64,000 nt of DNA from Mobula hypostoma (taxonomy: Eukaryota). Where the stretch lies: the NCBI RefSeq assembly GCF_963921235.1, contig NC_086109.1, forward strand, positions 18,540,001 to 18,604,000. Reading direction: 5' to 3'. Under the pieces are notes generated by a model that was not told where the DNA came from, did not search any database, and saw only the letters and a list, made by a program, of their open reading frames with translations. Position numbers and translations under genes: made by a program. Below are positions 1 through 11,530 of the stretch, piece by piece (positions within the stretch are counted from its first letter, which is position 1; the number at the start of each line of letters is the position of its first letter).

Positions 1-610
1 AGTAACCTCATCAAAAAATTCAATAAGATTTGTCAAACGTGACCTTCCACGCACAAATCCATGTTGCCTGTTCCTAATCAGACCCTGTCTATCTAGATAA
101 TTATATATACCATCTCTAAGAATACTTTCCATCAATTTACCCATCACTAACGTCAAACTCACAGGCCGATAATTGCCAGGTTTACTCTTAGAACCCTTTT
201 TAAACAATGGAACCACATAAGCAATACGCCAATCCACCGGCACCATCCCCATTTCTAATGACATTTGAAATATTTCTGTCAAAGCCCCTGCTATTTCCAC
301 ACTAATTTCCCTCAAGGTCCTAGGGAATATCTTGTTCGGACCCGGAGACTTACCCACTTTTATATTCCTTAAAAGCGCCAGTACTTCCTCTTCTCTAATT
401 GTCATACTTTCCATAACTACCCTTCTTGTTTCCTTTACCTTACACAATTCAATATCCTTCTCCTTAGTGAATACCGAAGAAAAGAAATTGTTCAATATTT
501 CCCATCTCTTCTGGCTCCGCACATAGCCGTCCACTCTGATTCTCCAATTTTATCTCTCACTATCCTTTTGCCACTAACATAACTGTAGAAACCCTTTGGA
601 TTTATTTTCA

Positions 611-1415
611 AGCAACACACATAAAAGTTGCTGGTGAACGCAGCAGGCCAGGCAGCATCTCTAGGAAGAGGTGCAGTCGACGTTTCAGGCCGAGACCCTT
701 CGTCAGGACTAACTGAAGGAAGAGTGAGTAAGGGATTTGAAAGTTGGAGGGGGAGGGGGAGATCCAAAATAATAGGAGAAGACAGGAGGGGGAGGGATGG
801 AGCCAAGAGCTGGACAGGTGACAGGCAAAAGGGATACGAGAGGATCATGGGACAGGAGGTCTGGGAAGAAAGACAAGGTGGGGGGGGACCCAGAGGATGG
901 GCAAGGGGCATATCCAGAGGGACAGAGGGAGAAAAAGGAGAGTGAGAGAAAGAATGTGTGTATAAAAATAAGTAACAGATGGGGTACGAAGGGGAGGCGG
1001 GGCACCAGCGGAAGCCAGAGAAGCCGACGTCCATGCCATTAGGCTGGAGGCTACCCAGACGGAACACAAGGTGCTGTTCCTCCAACCCGAGCATGGCCCC
1101 ATCTCTACAGCAGAGGAGGCCGTGGATAGACACGCCAGAATGGGAATGGGATGCGGAATCAAAATGTGTGGCCACTGGGAGACCCCGCCTCATCCCTCCC
1201 CCTCCTGTCTTCTCCTATCATTTTGGATCTCCCCCTCCCCCTCCAACTTTTAAATCCCTTACTCTCTCTTCCTTCAGTTAGTCCTGACGAAGAGTCTTGG
1301 CCTGAAACGTCCACTGCACCTCTTCCTAGAGATACTGCCTGGCCTGCTGCGTTCACCAGCAACTTTTATGTGTGTTGCTTGAATTTCCAGCATCTGCAGA
1401 ATTCCTGTTGTTTGC
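611..1415. mobile_element. Penelope-like element, fold-back structure with GIY-YIG C-terminus
   Basis: Inverted arms of ~190 bp (610-799 and 1191-1380). Peptide THF..SHSH...LEEQHLVFRLGSLQPNGM on minus. 13-bp TSD GGATTTATTTTCA at 598-610 and 1416-1428. Confidence 0.88.
675..710 (-). ncRNA. Minimal type I hammerhead ribozyme motif in the Penelope-like terminal repeat
   Basis: Minus strand reads AGTC CTGACGA AGGGTCTCGGCCT GAAAC GTC GACT: core CUGAnGA/GAAA, GUC cleavage triplet, AGUC/GACU stem I, palindromic ACGU stem III. Confidence 0.75.
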
Positions 1416-1954
1416 GGATTTATTTTCACCTTGCTTGCCAAAGCATCCTCGTATCTTCTTATAGCTTTTCTGATTTCTTTCTTAAGATTCTTATTACATT
1501 CTTTATATTCCTCGAACACCTCATTTACTCCAAGCTGCCTATATTTATTGAAGATCCCTCTCTTTTTCCGAACCAAGTTTCCTATATCCCTTGAAAACCA
1601 TGGCTCTCTCAAACTTTTAACCTTTCCTTTCAACCTAACAGGAACATAAAGATCCTGTACCCTCAAAATTTCACCTTTAGATGACCTCCATTTCTCTATT
1701 ACATCCTTCCCAGAAAACAAATTGTCCCAATACAATTATATTTCTGAAGGAGAATGACAAGGAAAAGTAAAAGTCATAGAAGCTTTAAGTAGAAGAGGAT
1801 ATTGAGCTCAATCTGGCTATGCCAGCTCTCTGAAAGACCTAATAGAAGTTTTATGCATTATGCATGGATTATTTAATGCATTAACCCATGATGTTCCTCG
1901 AATTGAGAACAACCTATAACCTGAGGCATCATGCAATATAACATTTTATAATAC

Positions 1955-2185
1955 CTTCCTGTGCCTGCTCTCTGCAGCAGCCAGCTGGGCTAACATTCTG
2001 TCTTGCATCTTCTTGCATTGCGTCATCACTACTTTAAGCACGGATAATGGATTGGTGCACACTGGTTGCTTATCAACACAATTCCCATCACGGATTGATT
2101 CGCAGTCCCTTTGCAGAGCAAGGAATGGGTCACTGATGTCATACTTTCCATAGCGTTCTTGGATGAAACGATCTTTGTGCTGCGC
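1955..2185 (-). CDS. CTTNBP2NL: CTTNBP2 N-terminal-like protein, second coding exon (77 codons, phase 0/0)
   Basis: Translates [29 protein letters not shown]...[38 protein letters not shown], matching the CTTNBP2NL N-terminal coiled-coil region. Acceptor ttggttgcag and donor AAG|gtatta on the minus strand. Confidence 0.95.
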
Positions 2186-2396
2186 CTGCAACCAATCAGA
2201 GAATACTTGTTAGTTTAATCGCTGTCTTAAACCCATTCCAAATTAATACTTATTTAACAAATTATGAAAACGGGAAAATAAATGGCAGCGTAGAACTCTC
2301 TTAATGTTAGTAACTTCAAATGGGTTGCTGCAAAATCTGTTTTCTAATGTGATATATCTGATTTCATGGATTCTGACTTCAGCATAATACATACGC

Positions 2397-2961
2397 CACT
2401 AAGTGGCCACTATATTAGGCACACCTGCTCATTAATGCAAATATCTAATCAGCCAATCATATGGCAGCAATTTAATGCATAAAGGCATACAGACATGGTC
2501 AAGAGCTTTAGTTGTTGCTCAGATCAAATATCAGAATGGGGAAGAAAAGTGATCTAAGTGGTTTTGACTGTGGTATGCTTGTTGGTGCCAGACAGGGTAG
2601 TTTGAATAGTTCAGAAACTGCTGATCTCCAGGAATTTTCACGCACAAGTGAATTACAGAGAATGGTGAAAAAAAAAACAAAAAACAAAACATCCAGTGAG
2701 CGGTAGTTCATTGGATGAAAAAGCCCTGTTTATAGGAGAGGTCAGGGGAGGATGGTCAGATTAGTTCAAGAGGACAGGAAGGCAACAGTAACTCAAATAA
2801 CCACATGTTACAACAGTGGTGTGCAGAACAGCATCCGTGAACATACAACACATCAAATCTTGAAGTGGATAGGCTATAGCAGCGGAAGACCACACTGGTT
2901 TCCACTCCTGCGGCCACTTAATTAGTTACACTCTTGTACCTAATAAAGTGGCCACTGAGTG
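2397..2961 (+). mobile_element. Non-autonomous Tc1-like deletion derivative
   Basis: TIRs CACT(A/C)AGTGGCCAC...GTGGCCACTGAGTG followed by TA. HTH peptide MGKKSDLSGFDCGMLVGARQG. Confidence 0.8.
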
Positions 2962-3199
2962 TACTTTTTTAGATCAGCTGGGCATATGAAACCAATGGAA
3001 TCCACAATCATTTCGCATTGAGAAATACTGCTTGAAACGCCAGGTGAAACTTCATTTTAAGCCACTTTACCAAATGATCAATTCAAGATTCATAATGCAG
3101 TACAAGTGGTGATACATCAGCAGCAAAAGAGTAACATTTCAGTCCGTAAGGTTGTAACAACAAGATTTGATCATTGTTGTCTCATGTTCTCGGTATTTT

Positions 3200-3490
3200 A
3201 TTTTAGATTAGATTATATTAGATTCAGCTTTATTGTCATTGTGCCGAGTACAGATACAAAGCCAATGAAATGCATTTAGCATCTGACCAGAATTGCAAAG
3301 AATAGTGTTATTTACAAAATAACTGCAAATAAAAGAAGTGCTACAGCACACAAATATAAAAGTACTGAGACAGTACAATACGGATGCAATACTGCTTAGC
3401 TCTGTGATGAGAGGTTCAGCAGGGTCACAGCCTCAGGGAAGAAGCTCTTCCTGTCCCTGCTGGTGCGGGAGCGGAGGATCCTGTTGCGCT
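3200..3490 (-). mobile_element. Rex-Babar LINE 3' end
   Basis: Minus-strand AATAAA with a short-repeat tail, and the SFFP.A..L C-terminal coding motif. Confidence 0.6.
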
Positions 3491-3559
3491 TTGCACCATT
3501 TGTCTTCTTTTGCATACTGATAGTTTGTCAGTCTTAGTTTCTGTATAGTTTTTTTCCCA

Positions 3560-5058
3560 CGAATTCTATGGTATTTCAAAGTTCAAAGCAAATGCATTAT
3601 CAAAGTACATATATGTCACCATATACAACGCTGAGATTCATTTTTTTGTGGGCATACTCAGTAAGTCCGTAATAAAATAATAACCATAATAGAATCAATG
3701 AAAGGCCACACTAACAACTGGCATTTAACCAATGTGCAAAAGACACCAATTTGTGGAAATACAAAAGGAAAGAAATAATAATAAAAATAAATAAGCAATA
3801 AATATCAAGAAAATGAGAAGAAGTATCCTGGAAAGCCAGTCCATAGGTTGTGGGAACATTCCAATGATAGGGCAAGTGAAGTTATCCCCTTTAGTTTAAC
3901 AGCTTAAGGGATGAAGCTCCTGTACCTTCCTCCTGATGGAAACAGCAAGAAGACAGCATGACCTGAGTGGTGGTGGTCCCTGATGATGAATCCTGCCTTC
4001 CTGTGACAAAGCTCCTTGTTGGTGTTCTGAATGGTGGGGAAGGCTTTACACATAATGGACTGAGCTGTATCCACTGCTTTTTGTAGGATTTTCCATTCAA
4101 GGGCATTGGTGTTTCATACCAGGCTGTGATGCATCCAGTTAATATATGTCATGCCAAATCATCCCACACTCCTACGGAAGTAGAGGCACTGCTGAGTTTT
4201 CTTCATAATTGCACTTGCATGCTGGGCCCAGGACAAGTTCTTCGAAACATCGAGGAATTAAAATTTGCTGACCCTCTCCATCCCTGTTCCATGCGACCTG
4301 GCTCATGAACCTCTAGTTTCCTCCTCCTGAAGTCAATAATCAATTCCTTGGTCTTGCTGACATTAAAAGATTGTTGTTGTAGCACCACTCAACCAGATTT
4401 TCAATCTTCCTCCTATATGCTGATTCACTACCACCTTTGATTCCACCTGCAGCAGTGGTATCATCAGGAAACTTAATTATGGCATTGGAGCTGAGCTTAA
4501 CCACACAGTTGTAGGTGTACAGTGAGCAGAGCAGGGGGCTAAGCACACAGACTTGTGGTGCACTTGTGCTGATGGAGATGTTGCAATTTTGAACTGACTG
4601 GGGTCTGCAAATGATGAAATCGAGGATCCAATTGTACAAGGAATTATTGAGGTCAAGGTCTTAAAGCTTATTGATTAGTTTTGAAGGGATGATGGTAATT
4701 AAATGCTGAGCTGAGAACATCCTGATGGATGCATTTTTGCTGTACAGATGTTACAGGGTTGAGTGAAAAGCTACTGAGATGGCATCTGCCGTGGACCTGT
4801 TGTTCCAGTAGGCAAATTGGAGTGGATCCAAGTCGCTTCTCAGGCAGGAGTTGATATGTTTCAGAACCAGCCTCTCAAAACACTTCAGGATTGTGGATTT
4901 AAGTCCGACTGGGTGATAGTCATTAAGGCAGGTTACCACGTTCTTCTTAGGCACCGGTTTAAGTGAAGTCTGCTGGAAGCTGATGGGTACCTCAGACTGC
5001 AGAAGCAAGAAAATTTTAGTGAACACTTCAGCCAGTTGATCAGCACAGGTCTTTAGTA
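3560..5058 (-). mobile_element. Rex-Babar LINE RT and 3' fragment, degenerate
   Basis: PVPKK..TCLNDY.PV, DPLQFAY..NRSTADAI, APQ.CVLSPLL, KFPDDT, NVSKTKELIIDFRR. Confidence 0.85.
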
Positions 5059-6309
5059 TCAGCAGCCATGGGCTCCTCTAAGCAGCTGTCTAGCACACTG
5101 AAAATTAAAATAAATGACGCCCACAAAGCAGGAGAAGGCTATAAGAAGATAGCAAAGCATTTTCAGGTAGCCGTTTCCTTAGTTCATAATGTAATTAAGA
5201 AATAGCAGCTAACAGGAATGGTGGAGGTCAAGTTGAGGTCTGGAAGACCAAGAAAACCTTCCGAGAGAACTGCTCATAGGATTGCTAGAAAGGCAAATCA
5301 AAACCCCCGTTTGACTGCAAGAGACCTTCAGGAAGATTTAGCAGACTCTGGAGTGGTGGTGCACTGTTCTACTGTGCAGCGACACCTGCACAAGTATGAC
5401 CTTCATGGAAGAGTCATCAGAAGGAAACCTTTCCTGTGTCCACACCACAAAATTCAGCGTCAGAAGTTTGCAAAGGAACATGTAAACAAGCCTGATGGCA
5501 TTTTGGAAACAAGTCCTGTGGACTGATGAAGTTAAAATAGAACTTTTTGACCGTAATGATCAAAGGTACATTTGGAGAAAAAAGGGTGCAGAATTTCATG
5601 AAAAGAACACCTCTCCAACTGTTCAGTACAGGGGTGGATCGATCATGCTTTGGGCTTGTGTTGAAGCCAGTGGCACGGGGAACATTTCACAGGTAGAGGG
5701 AAGAATGAATTCAATTAAATACCAGCAAATTCTGGAAGCAAACATCACATTGTCTGTAAAAAAGCTGAAGATGAAAAGAGGATGGCTTCTACAACAGGAT
5801 AATGATCCTAAACACACCTCAAAATCCACAATGGACTATCTCAAGGGGCGCAAATAGAGGGTTTTGTCATGGCCCTCACAGTCCCCTGACCTAAACATCA
5901 TCAAAAATCTGTGGATAGACCTCAAAAGAGCAGTGCATGCAAGACGACCCAAGAATCTCACAGAACTAGAAGTCTTTTGCAAGGAAGAATGGGCGAAAAT
6001 CCCCCAAACAAGAATTGAAAGACTCTTAGCTGGCTACAAAAAGCATTTATAAGCTGTGATACTTGCCAAAGGGGGTGTTACTAAGTACTGACCACGCAGG
6101 GTGCCCAAACTTTTGCTTCGGGCCCTTTTCCTTTTTTGTTATTTTGAAACTGTAAAAGATGGAAATAAAAAAGTAATCTTGCTTAAAATATTAAAGGAAT
6201 GTGTCATCTTTAACCTTATGCCTTTTGGAAATCAGGTCATCTTTTACTCGCTTAGCTTTTCACAGTAACAGAAATTTTGACCAGGTGCCCAAACTTTTCC
6301 ATGCCACTG
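5059..6309 (+). mobile_element. Tc1-like transposon (IR/DR type), left end missing, transposase pseudogene 5068-~6087
   Basis: [39 protein letters not shown] motifs with stops and frameshifts. Direct repeats GGTGCCCAAACTTTT in the right TIR; ends CACTG+TA. Confidence 0.9.
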
Positions 6310-7000
6310 TATGTACTTCGACAATCAATTTTTCTTTGACTTTGATGTCCCCTGGACAATCAAATCATATTTCATTAATGTGCTTTCACCTATTCCTGCT
6401 ACTTTCAATCTGGGCACTTTTTCTCTTCACCCCTGCAGAGTTTTTTGTTTCCATGGCAGCCATTTAATGCATTGCTGATGATCTGGCTACTACGGAGTAT
6501 ATGCCTCGAGGGGCAGATGCCCTTTCATGATTATTGCATCGCAAACTGTTGGCAGCTGTGCCAAGGTGAATGTGATCTTGCTGAGTGTGGGTCACATTGT
6601 AGACATCATTTTCTGGATCATGATTATTTTTCTGGGAAGCTGATTTGACATCATCATCAAACTTAGGCAAAATCCAATCTCTAAGCAAATGCACCTATAT
6701 AGGAAAGTAAAGGGACAAAAAACAATTCTGCAGTTGGCCTGGTGCATCCAATTACATAAATGCCTTTCTCAGTCAGTTAGTTAGTTAGTTAGGTTAGTCA
6801 TACTTTATTGATCCCAGGGGGAAATTGGTTAACCTTAATTTACCAAAGTACAAGTTATGTACTTCAAATGTAACCAACAAAGCAGAAAAGATGTTAAGTC
6901 GTTTTAGTCCAGGGTTCAACACTGCTGTATACCAAGCCTAAACTGACAATAAAACTAACTAAAACAAATCAATACATTTAAAAAGCTAATTATTTAAACA

Positions 7001-7212
7001 GCAACACACACAAAAAATGCTGGTGAACGCAGTAGGCCAGGCAGCATCTATTGGAAGAGGTACAGTTGATGTTTCAGGCCAAAACCCTCTGTCAGGACTC
7101 GAAATGTTGACTGTACCTCTTCCTATAGATGCTGCCTGGCCTGCTGCGTTCACCAACATTTTTTGTGTGTGTTGCTTGAATTTCAAGCATCTGCAGATTT
7201 CCTCGTGTTTGC
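7001..7212. mobile_element. Short fold-back Penelope-like insertion
   Basis: Inverted arms ~7001-7075 and 7101-7175. TSD ATTAT(T/C)TAAACA at 6989-7000 and 7213-7224. Confidence 0.85.
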
Positions 7213-7769
7213 ATTATCTAAACAGCAATAACTTTTATTTTTGCTAAATAGATTCAATAGATTTCTGAATAAAAACCGAATCAAACATATTGGGTTAGTG
7301 CAGGAAGAGGCAGGGAGCAGGGAAAAGATCGGCCATAGCTTTATAGAGTGAACAGAGCAGGCATGAGTGGGCTAGCTGCCGACTTGTGTTTTGAGTTCTT
7401 ATTTTGACTTGCATTGTAATAGCTCTGTAGCAGAGAACGTGAAACTTGAAGATATTTTACAAAAGAAATACTCCAATGTCACAGCCTGCTGAAGGAAGTG
7501 GAACTGTCAGAAGACAAAAAACATCTTATGCTCTGCTCCTTCGAATGACAGTATTGCTGGTCTCCTACACATTTACACTTGGCTTATGTTAATATCTGTC
7601 CATTCTTAGTCTCCAAGTAACAATATTACTACCAGCAGCAAACACACAAAGCTTTCAAAAAAATAGAAAAGTTCCTAAGTTCAGAAATAAAGAAGAATCC
7701 CCATCCTTTAAAAATTCACGACATCCAGAAGTGCTTTAACATTGATACTCCAATGGTGATTGAAATACA

Positions 7770-8560
7770 AACATATTGGTATTGGTCTATTATTGTTACA
7801 TGTACCGAGATAAAATACACTTCTTTATGCCATCCATATAGATAATTTCAAAACGTTAGTACATTAAGGCAGTGGAAGGGAAAAGCAGTCACAATGCAGA
7901 ATATGGTGTTACACTTACAGTGAAAGGGCACTGCAGGTAGACAATAAGGTGCAAGAGCCATGAAAAGGTAGCCAGCGAGCTCAAAAGTTCATCATTTGCG
8001 TACAAGAAATCCATTTAATCGTTTTACAACAGCGGAACAAAAGCTATCCTTTAACCTAGTGATGTGTGTTTTCAAGCATGAGGAGGGGGTGGGAAAGAGA
8101 GAATGCCTCAGGTGGTAGAAGTCTTTGATTATATTGGCTGCTTTTCCAAGGAACTGAGAAATGTATGTAGAATCCATCGGGGGGAGGCTGGTTTCTCAGA
8201 TGTGCTAAGCTGCATCCACATAGGATATGGTGCATCGATAAAAATTAGTGAAGGTCAACAAGAAGGTGTTGAATTTTCTTTTAAGCTTTCTGAGGAACGG
8301 GAGGCAGTGGTGTGCTTTCACGGTCTCACTGTCTAGTGATTGGATCACGACAAGCTGTGGGTGATGTTCAGACCTGGGAATTTAAACTCTCAACTATCGC
8401 CACTTTAACAGCACTGATACATAGGTGAGAGTGTGCTCTGCCCTGCTACCTAAAGTCAATGACCAGCTCTATTGTTTTGCCGACATTAGGGAAAGACAAT
8501 TATAATGACACCACACCATTAGGCTCTCTATCTTCTTTCTATATTCTAATTCATAATAGA
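7770..8560 (-). mobile_element. Old Rex-Babar 3' fragment
   Basis: KAANIIKD.YH..HSLF...TRLKDSF..AVVKRLN. Confidence 0.7.
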
Positions 8561-11269
8561 TATTTCCTCATCTCTTCAAAACACCATCATGGCTTCCTTT
8601 CACTTCACCAGAGAGAACAGGGAGTTTCCACAAGATAGTATCTGCAACAGTACAATAAACATCAAAAAGATAATATTTGCAGTAACCTTTTGCCTAAGAA
8701 ATGCCTTTAAGCCTATGCTGTAAGCAACATTACATTTTATGGTGAAGGTATTTCTGGAGTGTGACACTTAGATTGCTCAGAACGGTGAAAGTATAGAGGG
8801 GATGGACTGTGAATGAGAAGCTGAAGTTGGAACAAAGCTTCTGTGAGAGATTAAGCATAGGACTGGAAGTCACACAATCAGGAAGGCTGTAAGTACAAGG
8901 TGTAGAGTTACCTATTTAAGCCACAGAAGCCAATAGTGGTTAACAACAGCAGAGTTGGCCAGTGGGATTTGGAATGGAATAGAATTCAGTAACAACCTTA
9001 AAGAACTGAAGTGTATGAAGAGTCTGAGGTGGAGTCTATCATCTGAAGATGGATGGGTAGGTAAGATCAGGTTGGAGGCCTTTACACTGCAAATGGAGGG
9101 GATTTGAAGAACGTGGAAAATTTTCATGATAATCTGGTCAAGGTTAAGTTTCATTTGGTTATAATGGTTCCCTCTTAACATTACTTGCTTCCCAGATATA
9201 ACTGACTCAATTCACCTTTGAAGCAATCTTAACAAGCTACTCAATTGTACCAAATCACACTGACAAAAACTGACCATCATATTCAACGGACCCTCAGGAA
9301 TCTCCTTCGCAAACAGAGGTGAGGTTTAATTGGAAGAATATTCAAGCAATAGTTGGCAGTAGATCTGTCAGAACCGTCTAGCTGAAGACTCAAATTCTTT
9401 CATCACTATCAAGGAAGAGTCTTCAGAAGGAATGCAGCACTGAAATATAGTTGAGAAGATGATGATCCAAGTCCTTACGTCTCCAGGTCCCAAGGCCAAT
9501 ATCTCCATGCCTGTTCCCTCACCCCACCCTATCCAACTCTAGATTCCAAAAAAGCAAAAATACCTTTTGCCATATACATTGAAAAAATATTTATATTATA
9601 CAACTGTGCTGCCAGCTGACATTCCAATTGTCAAAGATTTTGCACTTTACATAGTAGGGAGGATACCATATTAATGCAATGCAAGAACATATGCAATTGG
9701 TTTCTTAAGTTACTATTTATAATTAAATGGCTGCTGCACCTTCTACTATTTGAAATCAGCTTCACTATAGAGGAACATTTAAGTATTTTCCCACTGAAGG
9801 CAGTCTTGATTAGAAATAGTTTAAACTAATGAAACAAAATCCAAAATACTGTAATTGTTAGTAATCAGGGGCCAAACACTAGAAATAAGCAACAGTTGCA
9901 AAATAAAGAGGACAAATTCTTGGTGGAATTAACTAGTTTTAGGTTGTATTCTCTGATAAATTTTTCATCACTCCAGAGAGCAAATATGAGTTATTGCCTT
10001 TTCAGACAACTAGCATGTATGGCCAAGGTTAACAAAATACTCATACTCCATAAATGACATAGAAAAAGTTAAGGTCTGCTGCTTGGTATGACGACAACTG
10101 CCCCACAGTGCAAATAAGAGTACTTTTCACAGAACAGATATTTCTTCATATAAATAAGTGTAATTCTGCAATTCTTCGTATAAATAAGTGTAAACTGAGA
10201 AACCAGTGCCTTTAACTCAAAAGTGGCTGGACATTATACAGTATATCAGGCTTGTGCTTTTGATTCAGCATTGTGCTTTCACTACATGACTGACAACAAA
10301 GTGGAAACATTCTTAAAACTTTAGGCAATGCTCTTTAAAACAAAATAACAGGGTAGTGGAATTTGATGATGGAAAAAAAAAACGAGGCTCGGCTGTATTT
10401 ATCAGATTACAGATTTTTCAAAAAAGGCTTTCTTGCATGAGCCAAAGGTTAAAATGGGTAGCTATATGCCCAACAGTATTAAATCAATAGAAATTCCAAT
10501 GGGCACAATTATGGAACTGTAAATTATAGTGAAGTTAATGAAGCAGAATTTGCACTTGGAAGAGAATTTCAGCCAGCAACAAATACTTTCACACAAGCTT
10601 ATTACCACCTGGAATACTGTTCCCAGTGGAGAAATAACGCTAGATTTAGTCATAGTGATCATCTACTGGCTAATTTAGTGTGTCTACTACATACATCACC
10701 TTCGAGGCAATTTTTACAACATTCAGCATGCTAAATTTTAATGATAAAAATAATGAATTTTCTTTAAAAAACATTTTTCAAAACACAAAATAAAGTAAAC
10801 CTCTTCGCCAGTTAATGAAAGCAGTTCTGGTTTCACTTTAGAAAACAATCAAACTATAGAACTATGTATGTGCACTGATATTTATTCCCTGGGGCTTTCT
10901 CTGCTGTGGGAACATTTAGAAATGTCTAAAGCCTGTATGCACTATTGAAACTTCTACCCATTTCTTTGTAGAATATACTTCTGTATGCTCCCATTGCATT
11001 TCCCAACTTGAAAAATATGTAATAGCAAAATACATTAAATGGAATAACATATCATTCTGCTGTTGTTGACAGTATTCTTGGCTCCTTCAGTACTTCAAGT
11101 GTTTTTTAACATAGCAAGGTACCAATTCATTAACTGAGAGCAAAGTGTGAGCAGATGGAAGTTTTCATGGCCTTACTAAACCCAAACCTATAATTTTTTG
11201 TAATGCAGAAAATATGACCAGGCAACTTTAACTCCACAAGACCAAGTCCCACTTTATTAATTTTTATTT

Positions 11270-11530
11270 TTTATTTAGAGATACAGCGCGGAACAGGCCC
11301 TTCTGGCCTAACAAGCCACACAGCCCAGCAACTTAACTATTTATCAGTAGCCTAATCACAGGACAATTTACAAATAACCTACTAACCGGTATGTCTTTGG
11401 ACTGTGGGAGGAAACGCACATGGTTCATGGGGAAAGCATACAAAATCCTTATAGATGGCACCAGACTTGAACTCTGAACTCTGGAACACCCCAAGCTGCA
11501 GTAGCACCATGCTAACTGCTATAATAACAT
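11270..11530 (-). mobile_element. V-SINE-like (HE1-type) SINE
   Basis: Minus-strand GAGTTCAA box, V-domain-like TTTCCTCCCACAGTCCAAAGAC, CR1-like 3' tail. Similar to copies near 40.6, 50.3 and 63.2 kb. Confidence 0.6.

Larger units (their letters stand above)
1..1733 (-). mobile_element. Degenerate CR1 ORF2 fragment, interrupted by a Penelope-like insertion at 611-1415
   Basis: Peptides REPWFSRDIGNLVRKK and KINPKGFYSYVSGKRIVRDKIG. RT-start motifs (KSPGP, NYRPVSL) readable on minus at 150-350. Confidence 0.85.

Noticed and set aside
492..1193. 233-aa minus-strand ORF as a real gene
   Set aside because: It is a chimera of a Penelope GIY-YIG tail, non-coding terminal repeat and CR1 sequence, probably open only because the natural stop reads TGG.
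1955..2185. Assignment to CTTNBP2 or FILIP1 rather than CTTNBP2NL
   Set aside because: The MNLE start, AQH...YGKY.ISDP and AESRHRK match CTTNBP2NL. CTTNBP2 has an N-terminal extension and different residues here.
8700..9130. Possible ancient L2-like fragment
   Set aside because: Only vague resemblance; boundaries and family cannot be supported.
10142..10197. ~29-bp tandem duplication (a similar one lies at ~40198-40252)
   Set aside because: Two-copy local duplications, ordinary slippage. Not CRISPR-like: no spacers, and the context is eukaryotic.
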